Of a stretch of DNA of 28,344 nucleotides, positions 28,240 through 28,344 are shown one piece after another (position 1 is the first letter of the stretch; every line of letters starts with the position of its first letter). The DNA is taken from positions 1 through 28,344 of the forward strand of contig CAZYBA010000005.1 of the NCBI GenBank assembly GCA_964646105.1. The letters are read 5' to 3'. The translations under genes were made by a program, and so were the position numbers. The stretch comes from an uncultured Armatimonadia bacterium. GTDB lineage: Bacteria > Armatimonadota > Armatimonadia > Armatimonadales > Armatimonadaceae. The notes below the pieces were generated by a model that saw nothing but the letters and a program-made list of their open reading frames with translations, was not told where the DNA came from and made no database searches.

Positions 28240-28344
28240 CAGTTTTTCGTTCCGGCAACCCCGAATCCGCGGTCGCCGTTCGCTGTCGCCCTGTTCCGCG
28301 TCTTCAAGTCCGCATGTCGCGCCGCCTGGGTCGTGACACGCCGG

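Overview
GC-rich bacterial chromosomal window (lineage not determinable from sequence alone; the extended -10/leaderless starts and the gene set would fit a Terrabacteria-type organism such as Armatimonadota, which is inference only). 1-11.3 kb is a carbohydrate-metabolism cluster: sulfatase, four-carbon acid sugar (DUF1537-type) kinase, GalU-like nucleotidyltransferase, inositol-monophosphatase-family phosphatase, DUF2961/GH172-like hydrolase, cupin, an SDR interrupted by one in-frame TGA, lactonase, TIM-barrel isomerase and an MFS symporter. 11.3-17.2 kb is housekeeping: mutY, three hypotheticals, maf, hpt, ligA. 17.3-20 kb is a membrane HD-GYP/GAF/degenerate-GGDEF protein, preceded by an unannotated 16-codon ORF (MRDLNWGGGTGTSTVG) with a strong RBS and its own perfect 14-bp terminator; this is my best candidate for an undescribed peptide-linked c-di-GMP system. 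20-28.3 kb holds pilT, pilC, a soluble GAF-PAS histidine kinase, dut, a TPR membrane protein, a tandem USP, a 2x38-bp tandem repeat and a Cys-containing membrane ORF ending in RAPP (candidate arrest/leader peptide). Strand compositional skew appears by eye to flip at about 19.9-20.0 kb. No rRNA, tRNA, CRISPR array or transposase was found.
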